The notes beneath the pieces are model-generated. The model was not told the DNA's origin, made no database searches, and saw only the letters and a list, made by a program, of their open reading frames with translations. 64,000 nt of DNA from Geosiphon pyriformis uo1 (Eukaryota; Fungi; Glomeromycota), in contig JAAOMT010000028.1 of assembly GCA_016748015.1 (NCBI GenBank), positions 62,001 to 126,000 of the forward strand, read 5' to 3'. The position numbers were made by a program, and so were the translations under genes. Positions 25,596 to 38,701 of this stretch are shown here, one piece after another. Numbering within the stretch: the stretch's first letter is position 1; each line of letters begins with the position of its first letter.

Positions 25596-28500
25596 ATAAC
25601 ACAGCAACAACAAACTTCAAAGTGACAACCACATCAGACACAACAACTTTAGAGTATTATTAGTCAATTTACACCCATTGCAAACAGAGATTCAACATCC
25701 CAGATGGAATTGAAATTGTTGAAAGAACACTCTACCAATACATTGAAAACCATATCAACAATTATCTTCTTGGAAATTACAACATTTCAGAAGTGAAAAG
25801 CAACCTCTACAATAATCTAGTACACTATTCATGATTGGGAACTGAAGACCTTAACAGTGAAACACTTGCCACCTACTTTCAAGAACTCAATTACAACATT
25901 ATCAAGTATGGTGAAGAAAAATACCCAGTACAGTCTAAATACTCTTTTGACTTTGAATTAGAAACAGAAACAGACAACAAAGGCAAACAAAAAGTGAAAC
26001 AACACTCAAAAACTGCTCCAAACACTCCAATACTACCAAAGACAACTGCCAAACACTTGCAAACACCTGAACAAGGAACCAGTGTTAAATTACCACTTTC
26101 TATCACACCATTTCCAATTTTATTTGCTCGACAACAAACACCAAATTCACTACTTAACCATTTCTCCAGACCAGAAGATTTTCAGTCACCTAGAAATCCT
26201 ACTCAACAGCAGAAACCTATATCAACAAGCACCAATATTATTGAATACTTGCAGAAAAACGAAAGTGATCATTCAGAAAATTTGGAAAGTGAAGAAACTG
26301 AATCAGAACAAAAAGAAGCCACAGAAAACAAAGAGGAAATGACAACTGCTTACATTGCAAAGATTCCAGAATTCATGGGTGAAGATAATGATACCAGTCC
26401 TCAAGAATGGCTTGACAAAATTCAAAAAGCAGGAGATGCAAATAGTTGGATTGCAGTAAAAATGCTTAAAGCAATTCTTTACTTTCTCCAAGGAACAGCA
26501 GAAAAATGGTTTGAAAATTTAGAAGAACCATTTGAAAACTGGCAAGCATTCAAAGATGCTTTTCTACAACAATTCACCAACAACAATACCTCTATCACTC
26601 TCAGAAACCACTCTTGCAATATCAAACAAGAAACATCTGAAACTGTTATGACCTATCTTGGAAGATTTAACAAACTTCTCAGATGAATTTGACAATTGGA
26701 AACCAATAACTACTATTCTGATGCTCAAATTCTGGATCAGTTTATAGCAGGGTTAAAAGACAAACTGATTGAAAAAGTCTGTCTACATGCTTCAGCAGAC
26801 TTAGCAACTGCCATTAGACATGCAAAGAATTATAAAATGGCTATGAAAGAAGCAAACCACACCAAACTTGTTAACTTGGCTATTGGAGAAATCAGTTCAG
26901 CAGCTGAAGAAAAGATAGACCAACTCACAAAGAAGGTTGAAAGCTATTTTACAAACCAACAACAACAGCAGCAACAACCCCAAAAATATCAACCATCACA
27001 GTAACACAACCAAAACAACTTTGGACCACCATCCAACAACCAACCTCAAAATTGTCACTATTGTGGAATTCCAGGACACTGGAAACGAGATTGCAGGAAA
27101 CTACAAAGAGACCAACAAAACAGGAGTAATCAATATTACTCTTTACCACAACAATCTTATTACCAACTCCCACCACCAACTTATTATTCACTGAGACCAC
27201 AAATTCAAAACAGCTATTATCAACCAGCTCTACAACCAATTCAACAACAATATTAGCAATCTTTACCAATTCAGCAATTTCAAACACCACTCACTCAACA
27301 ATATCAAGTACCAGCAAGAAGATTGGTTTAACATAACCAATTCACACTCCAAAATCAATTGCAGAGTAACAACAACAGAATCAATTCAAATAACCAGTTG
27401 GTTCCCTGAAATTCTGGTCAGCAAAGACCCAATCACTATCACACTCAACCCAGTTATCTTACAATACCAGAGGAATTGGATTTTCAACAAACTGCACTTT
27501 CTGAAGGTGAAGTTACAGCACCAAGATCAAACTCTTCCAACCATACTATTTCACCAGCTCAAATTGCCCAAAATGCCAATCTGTCAGATATATTTCCATT
27601 TGAATTTGAAGCAAATGAATCACTATTTCTGCTTAGTAATGCAGCAGTCAATGAACAGAAAGCAATTACTGCTATGTACACAGAAACTATAGTGGAAGGA
27701 AAACTCATTCACTTAATCTTAGATAGTAGATTGGCTGGAAGTATCATTACTTACCAGCTGATGCAACAACTCAAATGAAACATAGACAGACCAGCTCAAA
27801 CAATTATTGTCACAGCTAATGGTATGAAGAAGACTCCAGTAGGAGAAATTGATGATTTCCCCTTTACACTTGATGGAATCATCATTTCAGTTAAAGTTCT
27901 TCTTATGGATGCATCCCAATACCAAGCTCTAGTCGAAAATGATTGGCTTTTTAAGGCCAATGCAAACCTGAACTGGGAAACTCAAGAACTTAAAATCTTA
28001 TACCAAGGACAATATACCATAGTACTTGCAACCTGTGGTACCTTTAACAAATGATCAAAAAAAGCTCCAGTATTTGAATTTGAAGAAGAGAAAGAAATGC
28101 CACTTACTGAAACCTACATGGCTCTTGGATCACCATCCAATTGGGCTGAGGAAACAGAACAAGAGATTTTCAAAGAATCAAGAAGATGGAAGAAAGTTAG
28201 ATATTCTACACTAGAACCACAAAAAGAACCATCATACATTCCACTAAAATGCAAAGATTGCAAAAAGAAGCTTTCATCAATGGAAGCATGTATTTCTCCA
28301 AAAGAGGAATATGAAACTCATATCTGTTACTTTTGCAAAGCATGCCATAGAGAATGATTTGGATCTTCAAAAAGAAATAGAAAATAGAACAACACATCTT
28401 GCCTTATATGTAGAGATATGTTACCAGAAGAATGCAACTGGATTAATGTTGCAATGAGAAGAGAAGTATGTGATCAAATCTGTCAATATGCTCTATTAAT

Positions 28501-28999
28501 TTCGAAAAAAGTCAGAAGAGAAACACTATTTGATGCAGCATACAACAGTGCTCTTAATAAACTTTACCACTACCCTCATAATGCTAAAATGATTTTTGAC
28601 CTAGCAATGGCATTGATCAATGGAGCCACTCAAAAAGATGTCCGTCAAATGAAAGAAGCTGAATACATTGAGTATACCATGGAATTAGCTAGATTTGATT
28701 ATGAAGATGAAGCAGAAACATATTACCAAATTGCAAGCCACACATATCCGACCAAAGAAGCTCAAATTCAATGATTAGAGCAAATGAACATTCAATTGTG
28801 TGAAGAATACATCATGCCTTGTAATGACCAATGGTGTTTAGAATGCTATGCTCTTAGCATTCCTCTGCCAAATGAAAATGATGAAAATGAAATCGAATTT
28901 GGAGTATCTGAACAAGTAAAAAAACTACCAATCACCCCCATCTATCTCCTTGAAAAACAACCACCTCTACAACTTAAATATTTTAACAACTATGGCCAA

Positions 29000-29400
29000 G
29001 GAATCAGACCAGAAAAAGCACACGAAATTGATGCCAGATATGATCTAAAATACCTAGGAAAAGATACTTTGGTTCTTCAACCAAAGTCTTTGACAAAAAT
29101 CAATCTCAAAATTGCTCTTAAAATTCCACCTGGAACAATGATTCAAATTGCCTCCAGATTATTATTGGCAAGCAAAAGAATCAATATTAGAGGAGGAGTT
29201 ATAGATGCAGGATACACTGGAGACATTACCATCATATTACAGAATGAGACAGACAAACCATTTAAAATTGAACATGCTGAAAAAATTGCTTAAGCAATTT
29301 ACTTACCCTTAATCAACATTTCAGGTTTACAATTAGTAAACAACAGAGAACAATTGGAAAAAAGTGAAAAAGGAACTCAAGGTTTTGGTTCAACTGGACG
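29000..29400 (+). pseudogene. Retrotransposon-encoded trimeric dUTPase domain (element C)
   Basis: All five motifs are recognisable: DA(R)YDL, ASR, GGVIDAGYTG, EKIA(Q>stop), SEKGTQGFGSTG. Confidence 0.9.
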
Positions 29401-32400
29401 ATTTACAGTTCCAGTAAACATAGCTCTTAATACACAAAATGAATCTCACCAGATTCTTCAACTTCCTCAGCCAATTACCATTTCACCTTTTGGAGAACAT
29501 CACGAAATTTACACTTGCTCAAAACCCACCACTACACAACAAATCTTTGAATCCAATGAACAAATCTGTTTGAAGCATGAAATCTCAATTCCAAACATTT
29601 ATATTCCCAAAGGAATAAAAAAATTTTGAGTCACATTCTACAACCCCAATAATTACTCTATTGTCTTATTAAACAAACTGGAGATTGGAATCATACACAG
29701 CAATATTTTTCAAGATGAAAACCCTCAAATTGTTTCTAATTTCATCGAAATTGTAAGGCACACTCTATTCCCAAATCCAAATATCATTCCCACTACTGAA
29801 AACTACCACTTTTTGAAAGAAAAACTCTCTCGAATTAACATGGGTCCCTTAGAATCTCAACAACAAAGACAATTGAAACAATTGATAGCTGAATTTGCAG
29901 ATATATTTGCAAAAGACAACAATGACCTGGGAAAAACGGATATGGTTCAACATCAGATCCATACAGGAGATGCTTCACCAAAACATTAGCAAGCTTACAG
30001 AGTGCCACTTGCTAGCCACCAATTCATCAGAGAAGAAGTCCAGAGAATGCTCAATAACGGATTGATTCAACCATTAAGAAGTCTTTGGGCTTCACCAGTA
30101 GTCCTTGTCAAAAAGAAAAATGGAAAAATCAGATTTTGTGTTGACTATTGCCAAGTAAACAGTATGACAATTGGAGATGCCTACTCTTTTCCAAGAATTG
30201 ATAACATGCTAGATGCTCTAGAAAAAGCCAAGTTCTTCTCAATTTTAGACTTGGAAAGTAGATACTAACAAGTCGAAATGGACCCAAAAGACTGACCCAA
30301 AACAGCATTTACCATCCAGGGAGAAAACTATGAGTTCAATATTATGTCTTTTGGACTTTGCAATGCACCAGCAACATTTCAGCGACTCATGGATGTTGTA
30401 TATGAAGGGTTCTTATGGCAATCAGTAGTTGTCTATCTTGATAACACTGATGTATACTCATCAAGCTTTAAGACTCATTTTATCCACCTGTGAGAAGTTT
30501 TTCAACAATTATGGAAAGCAGAATTGAAGTTAAACATTGAAAAATATCACTTTGGAAAAACAAGCTTAATTTTTTTTGAACACATTGTTAGCAAAGATGA
30601 AGTCAAACCAAATCCAGGAACAATCAGTGCTGTCAAAAACTTTCAAACCCCCAAAAATACCACAGAACTAAGAAGATTTGTAGGATTAGCCTCTTACTAT
30701 TGAAAATTCATCAAAAGATTCTCAGAAATTGCCAAACCACTCAATTATCTTACCAATAAAAATGTGCCATACAAATAAACTGAAGAACAACAAAAAGCAT
30801 TTGAAACTCTCAAAACAAAACTGACAACAGCCCCAGTTCTTGCTTACCCAGACTTCAACAAACGATTTCAATTAGCCACTAATGCTTCACACATAGCATT
30901 TGGTGCCATCTTATCACAAGTAAATGAAAATGGGCAAAAACAAGTTATTGCTTATGCTAATAGAACACTCAAACCAACAGAACTAAAATATGGCTCAACT
31001 GAATTAGAAGCTGCCACAGTTATTTGAGCTCTTAAACATTTTCAACAATATCTAAAGAATGAAAAAGAATTTGACATAATAACAGACAACATTGGCTTCA
31101 AATGGCTCAATAAAAAGAAAACTGAACAAAGTGCCAAACAGTCTCAATGGAATGACTTCCTAGCAGACTACAGATATATTGTACACCACAAACCAGGAAA
31201 ACTATATATCAATGTTAATAGCCTCTCAAAAATGAGACAAGATTAATACCAACAACAAATTCCACCACAACTTACCAACCTACCAACAAAATAACCAAAC
31301 AAGAATGGATCCCAGAAATTACAATCTTAAAAATTATTTGGAGACCCTTACTATGTTAGAAAACTGGTCTCCAAGTAAAAAACATCGTTTACAACATCAA
31401 TTAAAACAATATTTTATACACCAAAACAAAATTTATTATAAAAATCACAGAAATCCAAACTAACTATTCAGATTAGTACAAAAGAATGAAAAAGAAACAA
31501 TTTTATACAACATGCACACAGATCCGTTTTCAGCACACTTGGGAAGAGATGGAACAATTCAAAGAACTCTTAAATATTATTTTTGGCCTCACATGCAAAA
31601 AAACATTCGAGAATATATAGAATCTTGTGATAGTTGTCAAAGAAGAGAAGAAACTCACTCCACAGAACCTTTAAATCCAATCAAAGTTGGACAATCTTTT
31701 GACAGAGTTGGAATTGATTTAGTCGGACCATTACCTATCACAACCCAAGAAAATTGCTATATTGTAGTAGTAGTAGATTATCTTACCAAATGGCCTGAAG
31801 CTAGAGCCATTCAAACAGCAAATGCAAAATCAGTAGCAAATTTCATTTATGAAGACATTATTTGTAGACATAGATACCCAATTAAACTTTTATCTGATCA
31901 AGGAACACATTTTGTAAACAACTTGATACAAAAAATTTGTGAATAGTTCAATGTCAAAAGACCTCTATTATCATCTTATCACCCTCAAACAAATGGACTT
32001 GTAGAACGTTTCAACAGAACATTGTGAGAATTTCTAGCCAAAGTCTTAACAGACTTTAAGCAGGAATGAGATATCTTTATTTCATTAGTGTTACTAGCAT
32101 ACAAAACGCTAAAACAAAATACTACAAAACACATAACATTTGATCTTACTTATGGAAGGACAGCAATATTACCAATTAATTTCACAGTGGAAACATACTC
32201 AGTGCAACCAATCAATGAAAAAAACTTTCAAAAAACACTCCAAAAAAGGGTCTACACTCTTCTTAGTACACTGGAAGGAAAAAGAAAAATAGCAACAACT
32301 CATATTAAACATTTCCAAGCTCAACAAAAAGAAAGACATGACAACAAATTACCACCTATTACTAACAAATTTAAAGTTGGAAATAAAGTTCTCTTACACA

Positions 32401-32832
32401 GAACTAAGACTGAAAAACAATGGAATAAGAAATTTGAAAACAAATGAGATGAACCATTTTATATTCACGAAATTCTAGGCAATAGATTATACAAGTTAAG
32501 ACTTGATGATAAAATACTAGCAAAAGTTGCACATGGAGACAGATTGAAACACTATCATTCCAAAAACAATCCTGAACCATTAATTCCACAAATTGGTACA
32601 CATTCCTCTTTAATTAATCCTGAAGATATTCCCTGAAATTTAGAACCAATAATTATAATAGAACAACAACCAAACTTGAACACTTAAATTTTACAATAAT
32701 TCTTTAATAAAAACACAAAAACAAAAATAGTAAATAATTACAAAAAACATCCAAACCCAAAAACAAATAAAAACTCCATATCCAAAAAATAATTTTCTTT
32801 ATTCTTTCTTTTTATAATTAGTCAATTTTATC

Positions 32833-33510
32833 ATGATTATTCCCTGAAATATTCAACAAATATCCCAAAAGTTAATGTTAGCCTTGAAAACACTTCCTGA
32901 CTTATCTATAACAATTAATAGAAGTCAAATTAATTACATTCAGAAAAAAATCACAGCCCTAGTAGCAAATCATTCACAGAACTATCACCTCTATAGAAAA
33001 AAAACAAGAAGCCACTTTGAAAATAGGTTACTAAGACTTTTAAAGCAAGCACTAGAAGAAAATCTTTTAATTGCCCCTATGGACATTCCATCAAATGCTA
33101 CAATGCAACAAAAACTTCTACTACTTCTCAATAAACAGAACAATGAACACACTCCTATTTATAAATACTTTCATATTGGAAAGACACTTTATGAACGAAA
33201 ACTGGAACTTGAAGCAACAAATTTCACTTCTGAAGCTATACAAAAACAAATCCACAATGAATTCAAAACAGCAGCTGGACCAACAAACACTTGCTACAAA
33301 CTTAGAGCAGCTTTTAGACTCTATGATTTGTTTAATACTTGTGAAAATGTTCTACAAAATCCAATACTGCAACCAATGAAAGTCCAATACATTAGCAAAC
33401 TCACAGAACTGAAATTTCAACAATTTTCAGACCAGATTACTTCAATTATTTTGGATTACTATCTCAATATTACAGATAGTGCTTGGATTTTGATGAAACT
33501 CAGTCTTGAG
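32833..33510 (+). CDS. Extra post-integrase ORF3 of element C (~225 aa, predicted helical, unknown function; one early stop and a likely late frameshift)
   Basis: Own ATG at 32833 after an AT-rich spacer, and a long open frame from 32875 to 33540. A homologous C-terminus occurs in element B. No signal peptide or transmembrane segment is apparent. Confidence 0.65.
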
Positions 33511-36500
33511 GAGGAGATTATGTTACCAATAGAATTTTAGCTATTAATTAGCATGAAATTACCCTTATAATTCCTATAATTAATTAGTACATTAATATCA
33601 TTTCAAATTATCATTTATTATTTAATCAATTATTACATATCATGATTCAATTAAAATAATCTAATTAGTATAACAGAAAGTAGGATGATCAAATTACACA
33701 ATACTCTGAACTTTGTAACATTCTAAAATTCGCCGAAATTTACAGAAATTCGCCGAAATTATGAATAGTTCATCCAAATTAATTAATAGTTCAGCAAAAT
33801 AACTTGTAGTTCATCAAAATGTATCTTTAGTTCACCAAAATTTGAGCAAAGAGAAAAAGTGCAAGTTTATAGACTAGTACTACAACAAGTTGTATAAAAG
33901 AAGAGCTTTTTTTTTCAAGAAAATGTATCTTACTTTAGATTTATCACTTAAAACCATTCCTACATACACAAAAAAAAATAAATATCAAATAATTTGAAAA
34001 ACCAAATTCTTTAATTATTGCACTTAGAAAATCCTTAAAACCCAACTAACATTTTGAAATTAATTAGCTACCAATTTCAGTAAACTGTTAGTGATTCTAG
34101 GCCTGGATAGAAAACGTTTCCTTTAATAAAATCCTATTTCTTTTATATTTCTTTTATTTTTCTTTCTTTTCTTATTACAATCATTAGGGTAGTCTACAGA
34201 CAAGATTCCTGTAGAAGAGTTGACTTTCACAACAAAGTAACTACACATTTTTAGTGAGCTTCCAAACAAGCAATTCCTGAAAAAGAGTTGACATTTACTA
34301 CAACATAACTACATAAAATAACTGGCAAGGAATTGGCCATTCCACTTATAAATCCAGCAGTTCAAATTATAGGAGATAATTTGAAAATAAATTCAGTTAT
34401 TGGAGGTTCAACTACTTCTAGAAAACGTTATAACATTCAAGAAAAGAGACCAAAAACCTCCAGTAACACCATATACATAACAGGACATTTTTTGTCCAAT
34501 ATTGCTCTATTGAACATAGCCTCATTTTTCTCTAATTCAAAAGGAAAAATAGCTGCGAGACTGCTATCTTCAGTGGCAACTGCTGGTGGTATTTTTTGGC
34601 TCAATTTGTTGGAGGAATTTTCAGTTCTGTTTATGTTTCTACTATTATTGTTTTTGATGATCAGATTTTCTGGTATATTAAGATAAGTTTGTTGATAATT
34701 TTGGTAGTTTAGATTGGTTTGCTAACTGGTTCTAATGCAGTTTGGATTCCTCTGAACCAATGTGTTCTGGTTCCACATGGGCTGATTTCAGAGCTCAGGA
34801 TGCCAATTTGGGTTGGCTATTATGGACTGTTGTTAGTAAGTTTCTTGATTTTAATACATGGTGGGATATTAGCATGGTATTGGTGTGTACTGGTTTCTGG
34901 GCATTTGGGGTGGCATGTAATAATTATTTTCACATGCTTTCTGCATTATTTGTGTTCAATATTGACTAATCAAATGTCTTATGCATTTGCAAAAATGGCA
35001 GGCACATATTTCTGTTCTGAATTTCTGGTGTGATGAGCAATTATTTTGACTGTTGCTGACTTCCTGGCTGCATCTTTGAAGTGGTTGGTAGGTATTTCTT
35101 TTTGAATCCGGAATGAGGTAACTTTCTATTTTCTTAGAAAGTTCCTCCCCTAATTGAGTTACTCTTTTCTCTAATGTTTTTGTCTTATTTTTTTCCATTA
35201 CTATGTTAATCATTTGACTATGATTAGCTTTTTTCTCAGCCGATTCAAAAGCTCTGACAAATGTAATGACTTCTGGTAAGAAATTAAAGTGGGCAGAGTG
35301 TACTCTTCCTAAAATACTGCTTTTTAATTCTCTAATAAACTGATTTAAAACCTGAGGATCAGTGTAGTATCCTTGTTTAATTGCTTCAATCTGATAGTGA
35401 ATTCGATTGAATCAAGTAAGATATTGGGTGACAGTTTTACCAGTATCTTGCTTGATAGTATTGAATTTGTTTTGTAGTTGGATTATGGTGTTTGGGTCGC
35501 TAAAATACTCCAGGAGTGCATTTTTAAATTTGGCAAAGCTTATGGGTTTTGTTTCCAGACTTTGATACCACAAGTTGGCTGTGCCTTTCAGGAAGAAAAG
35601 TAATGTTTGAATTGCTCTTTGGTCACTCCAGTTATTTGCCTGGATGGCTTTTTGTACTTCTCTGAGCCATGTGTATATGTCCATTTTTTTTTCCTCTTCT
35701 GAGAAATCTGTTAGTCTTGTGATGTATGATATGGCCATTTTGTTGCCGTTTTCTGCTGGTGGGCTTATTGGTCTAAGAAAAAGTGGGATGATATTTCCTT
35801 GAGCATTTCTAAAGGTGGCTTCCTTTATATTCAGTTTTTTTTCTTGATCATAAGTTTTTTGGTTTCTGGACTGGCTGCTTGTTCCAGTGACCAGTCTTGT
35901 GATTGTTTTTTTGCTGGTCTTTTTTTTGGATTCCAATTCAGACTCCTCTTCATGGTTTTCAAACTCTGTTCCGAATTTTGGCTGAAAAAGAGGGTTTTGA
36001 AATAGTGATGAATATTCTTCTGTAATTGGTATGTCTCCCTAGTTACGTTGTTTAATTTTATCAATATAACTAAGAGTTTTTGGTGTTTGTGGAGTTGATG
36101 TTGATGATGATACAGCTCCTAATGGAATTTGTATCTTATTTTTTGGTAAAAAATGGTATGATTTATTTTCTGGTGAATAAATACATTGTTTTTTTATTGA
36201 TTGAGTAACAGTGTTCTTTGGTGTTTGAGCAAGTGTTCCTAGTTTTTGCTGGTTACTTTCCTGATTAGTTTCTAATTTTTTTTTGGTTTTGTTGGCACAT
36301 TCCCTAGTGTTTCCTGTGAATATTAGAAAATTTTTGTTGGCGTATTGCTCAATTTCTCGATAGATTTTGACAATAGTTGCAGCTATTACTGCTACTTCCT
36401 TTGTAATGTATTGTGATAATTCTCTATACAATCCAAGTTTTGCATTATGTAGTTCTTCTTTCTTTCTTATATGATAATTTATTCTGGCATTGATATAATA

Positions 36501-38701
36501 AATGAGAGCAGATTCTGCTGGACAACACCCTTCTGGTAATCCAAGATTACTTTGATTTTGTGTGTAAATAGCATGGCAGAATTCAAGAACAGTAAGATTA
36601 GGAGTTTTTGTTGCCACTTTTGTTTTTTCCTTTTTAGCAATGAATTATTGCTAATTATTATTTCTTTTTTGATTTTCTTTCCTTGTAGGGTTTACTAAAT
36701 GTTACAGAATGGTTTTCTTGGTATATTTAATTGCTAATATCTTGTCTTAATTGCAATCAGTCTCTTGTGAGTTCCTTAATTCTATTTGTGTGATAATATC
36801 ACTGTTATACTGAAGGCTTTTTCTTTAATATCGTGATGTAAGTTATTTCTCAATTCCTGATTGTTGTATGTGTTTATGTATTCTTTCTCAAAGGCTGAAC
36901 TGAAATCTACCTGCTGTTTGGGGTCTTCTTTAAGGCTATCCTTGCAATTGCCTAGTGTGTTTTTCTAATCTAAAAACACGGAATATTAATGGCCTTTAGC
37001 ACTTTTTCTAATTCTCCCTATTCAGTTTTTATCAATTAGTAGTTATGTAAATAATCTTGATCAGGGATTATTCTTCCAAGAAATTCAACTGATGAATAAT
37101 AGTTTCATTCAATAATTAACACAAGTGAGTTTCTTACTATTTTAAGAGTTGTGATAATTCAGTTTTAAATATTCTTTTTTATTTCTTTTTGATTTAAAGG
37201 TTTCTTGAGATATTTAATTTAAAGACACAATTTAAAGTGGAGTTTGTTAGATAAATTGGATCTATTGCTTGATAAGTTATGATTTTTATTATTTGATTGA
37301 CTTTTCTTAATATTAAAGCTACTGTATATATACATATTTGTAGTTCTACAAGAAAACACATTGTAATACTTTTTTTTTGATATTTCAATCTGGTGTTTGC
37401 TGCTATCACCAGTTGGTGTTAGCTGCTATTGTGAACTGGTGCTTGCCACTATCACAAAATGATGTTTTGCTATTATGTTAATCATTATCTTTCTAAGATT
37501 ATTACTGTGCTATATTATGATTGAATAGTTTATATTATTTTTATAATTCTTTTGCTAAATTCTTAAATCATAACAAAGTATAGAATTTATAAATTAACAG
37601 ATAGCTTACCAAAAAAGCATAACTGCCAAAATAAACCAGCCACCATACTGAAAAAAATTTAATAGAATACTTATTCCAAGAAACTACTAAAACAACCATT
37701 AAATCTCTGTTTATTATACAAAAGACTTAACTAAAACTTTCAGATATTACCAATCTTATTCAAATTATTAAACACCAAGTTATAAGTTTATTATTTGTTT
37801 TCAAATCCCAAATAATCATCTGTAACAGCACTTTATAGCTATCTGAAAGACCAAAATCTGTTATTACCTTGTTGATTTTGTCTGTATATATGTTACCAAA
37901 AAATTAACAAATTTGTTACACATTTTAATATGTCTTAAACTAGTTTGTAAGTAATGCTATTTAACTGAATTATATGTTTTGTACATATTTTACAAAACTA
38001 ACTAAAACTCTCAATCTTTTTTTAGAGCATTTTTTATTATAAAACTAATAACAAACACAAAAGACTGGATTAATATATTCTTTAAAACTAAAAAATTGTT
38101 ATTATAAAAAATGTCAAACTTGCTATATACAGAAAAAATCTGATCAAAAAAGATCTTAAACAAAATTTTTTTAGCTGTTTTAATTAATACAATAGATTGA
38201 ATATTTGTTAAGACATTTTTTCAATCATAAAACTTAAAAATCATTAAAGCCTATGTCTTTTTCCAAAAAACTGAAACATTACTAAGAAACAAACACAAAT
38301 TAAACAAATTCAGAAAACACTTTATTATAGTCTTACTATAACACTTCTAAAGTTTATTTGATATATTAGACAGCTCAGCAGCTTTGTCATCAGACAGATT
38401 ATTAATAACCAGAATTAATTTCTCTAATTTAATCTTATTCATAACTTCAGAAAATACATTATTATCTATATAGATTAAGAGCAAATATTGACAATATTAA
38501 GGATTAAACAGCTTTTGAAGCATAACTTTTTTTCTTATATACTCTTTTATTATCATATTAATCTTATTTTTTACTTTATTTGGCTCTAAAACCAATTTTT
38601 TTTTAATTGTTAAGTAATCTAAAATAATCTTGCAAAAAGATTATTCTAAAATATTTCTAATTATTTGCACCTTATTTAAGCAAAAATTTTTTATATACTG
38701 C

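Larger units (their letters stand above)
24606..34468 (+). mobile_element. Near-complete Ty3/Gypsy element C (9.86 kb): gag-PR-Cys-rich insert-dUTPase-RT-RNaseH-IN plus ORF3; inactivated by stops
   Basis: LTRs 24606-25575 and 33521-34468. Perfect 4-bp TSD CCAT (24602-24605, 34469-34472). PBS TGGTGCTCTTCCATGGAA and PPT GAGGAGGAGATTA. Zn knuckle CHYCGIPGHWKRDC, PR LILDSR, RT VYLDN, IN GIDLVGPLP/SDQGTHF. Confidence 0.95.
19669..37575 (-). mobile_element. Ty3/Gypsy element B (gag-PR-Cys-rich-dUTPase-RT-RNaseH; integrase core deleted), interrupted by element C
   Basis: 876-bp LTRs at 36700-37575 (5') and 19669-20544 (3'). TSD GAGT/AAGT; PPT next to 20544. Gag (WLREVQKAIQANNW), PR (LILDSR), dUTPase (~22880-23270, GFGST), RT (KWFSTLDLTSGY, VYLNN), RNase H (LVTDAS). 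Confidence 0.92.
19058..37827 (+). mobile_element. Solo LTR A (X-related family), split into 19058-19668 and 37580-37827 by element B
   Basis: Starts TATTAC (eroded TGTTAC) and ends TGTAACA at 37827. TSD GTAC/GCAC. Joined halves are collinear with the X LTRs. Confidence 0.8.

Noticed and set aside
32833-33540. ORF3 as a retroviral env
   Set aside because: No signal peptide, fusion peptide or transmembrane anchor is visible.
5696-34468. Alternative genetic code or readthrough suggested by many in-frame TGA
   Set aside because: Stops of all three types occur at transition-mutable codons in TEs only; host genes read normally.
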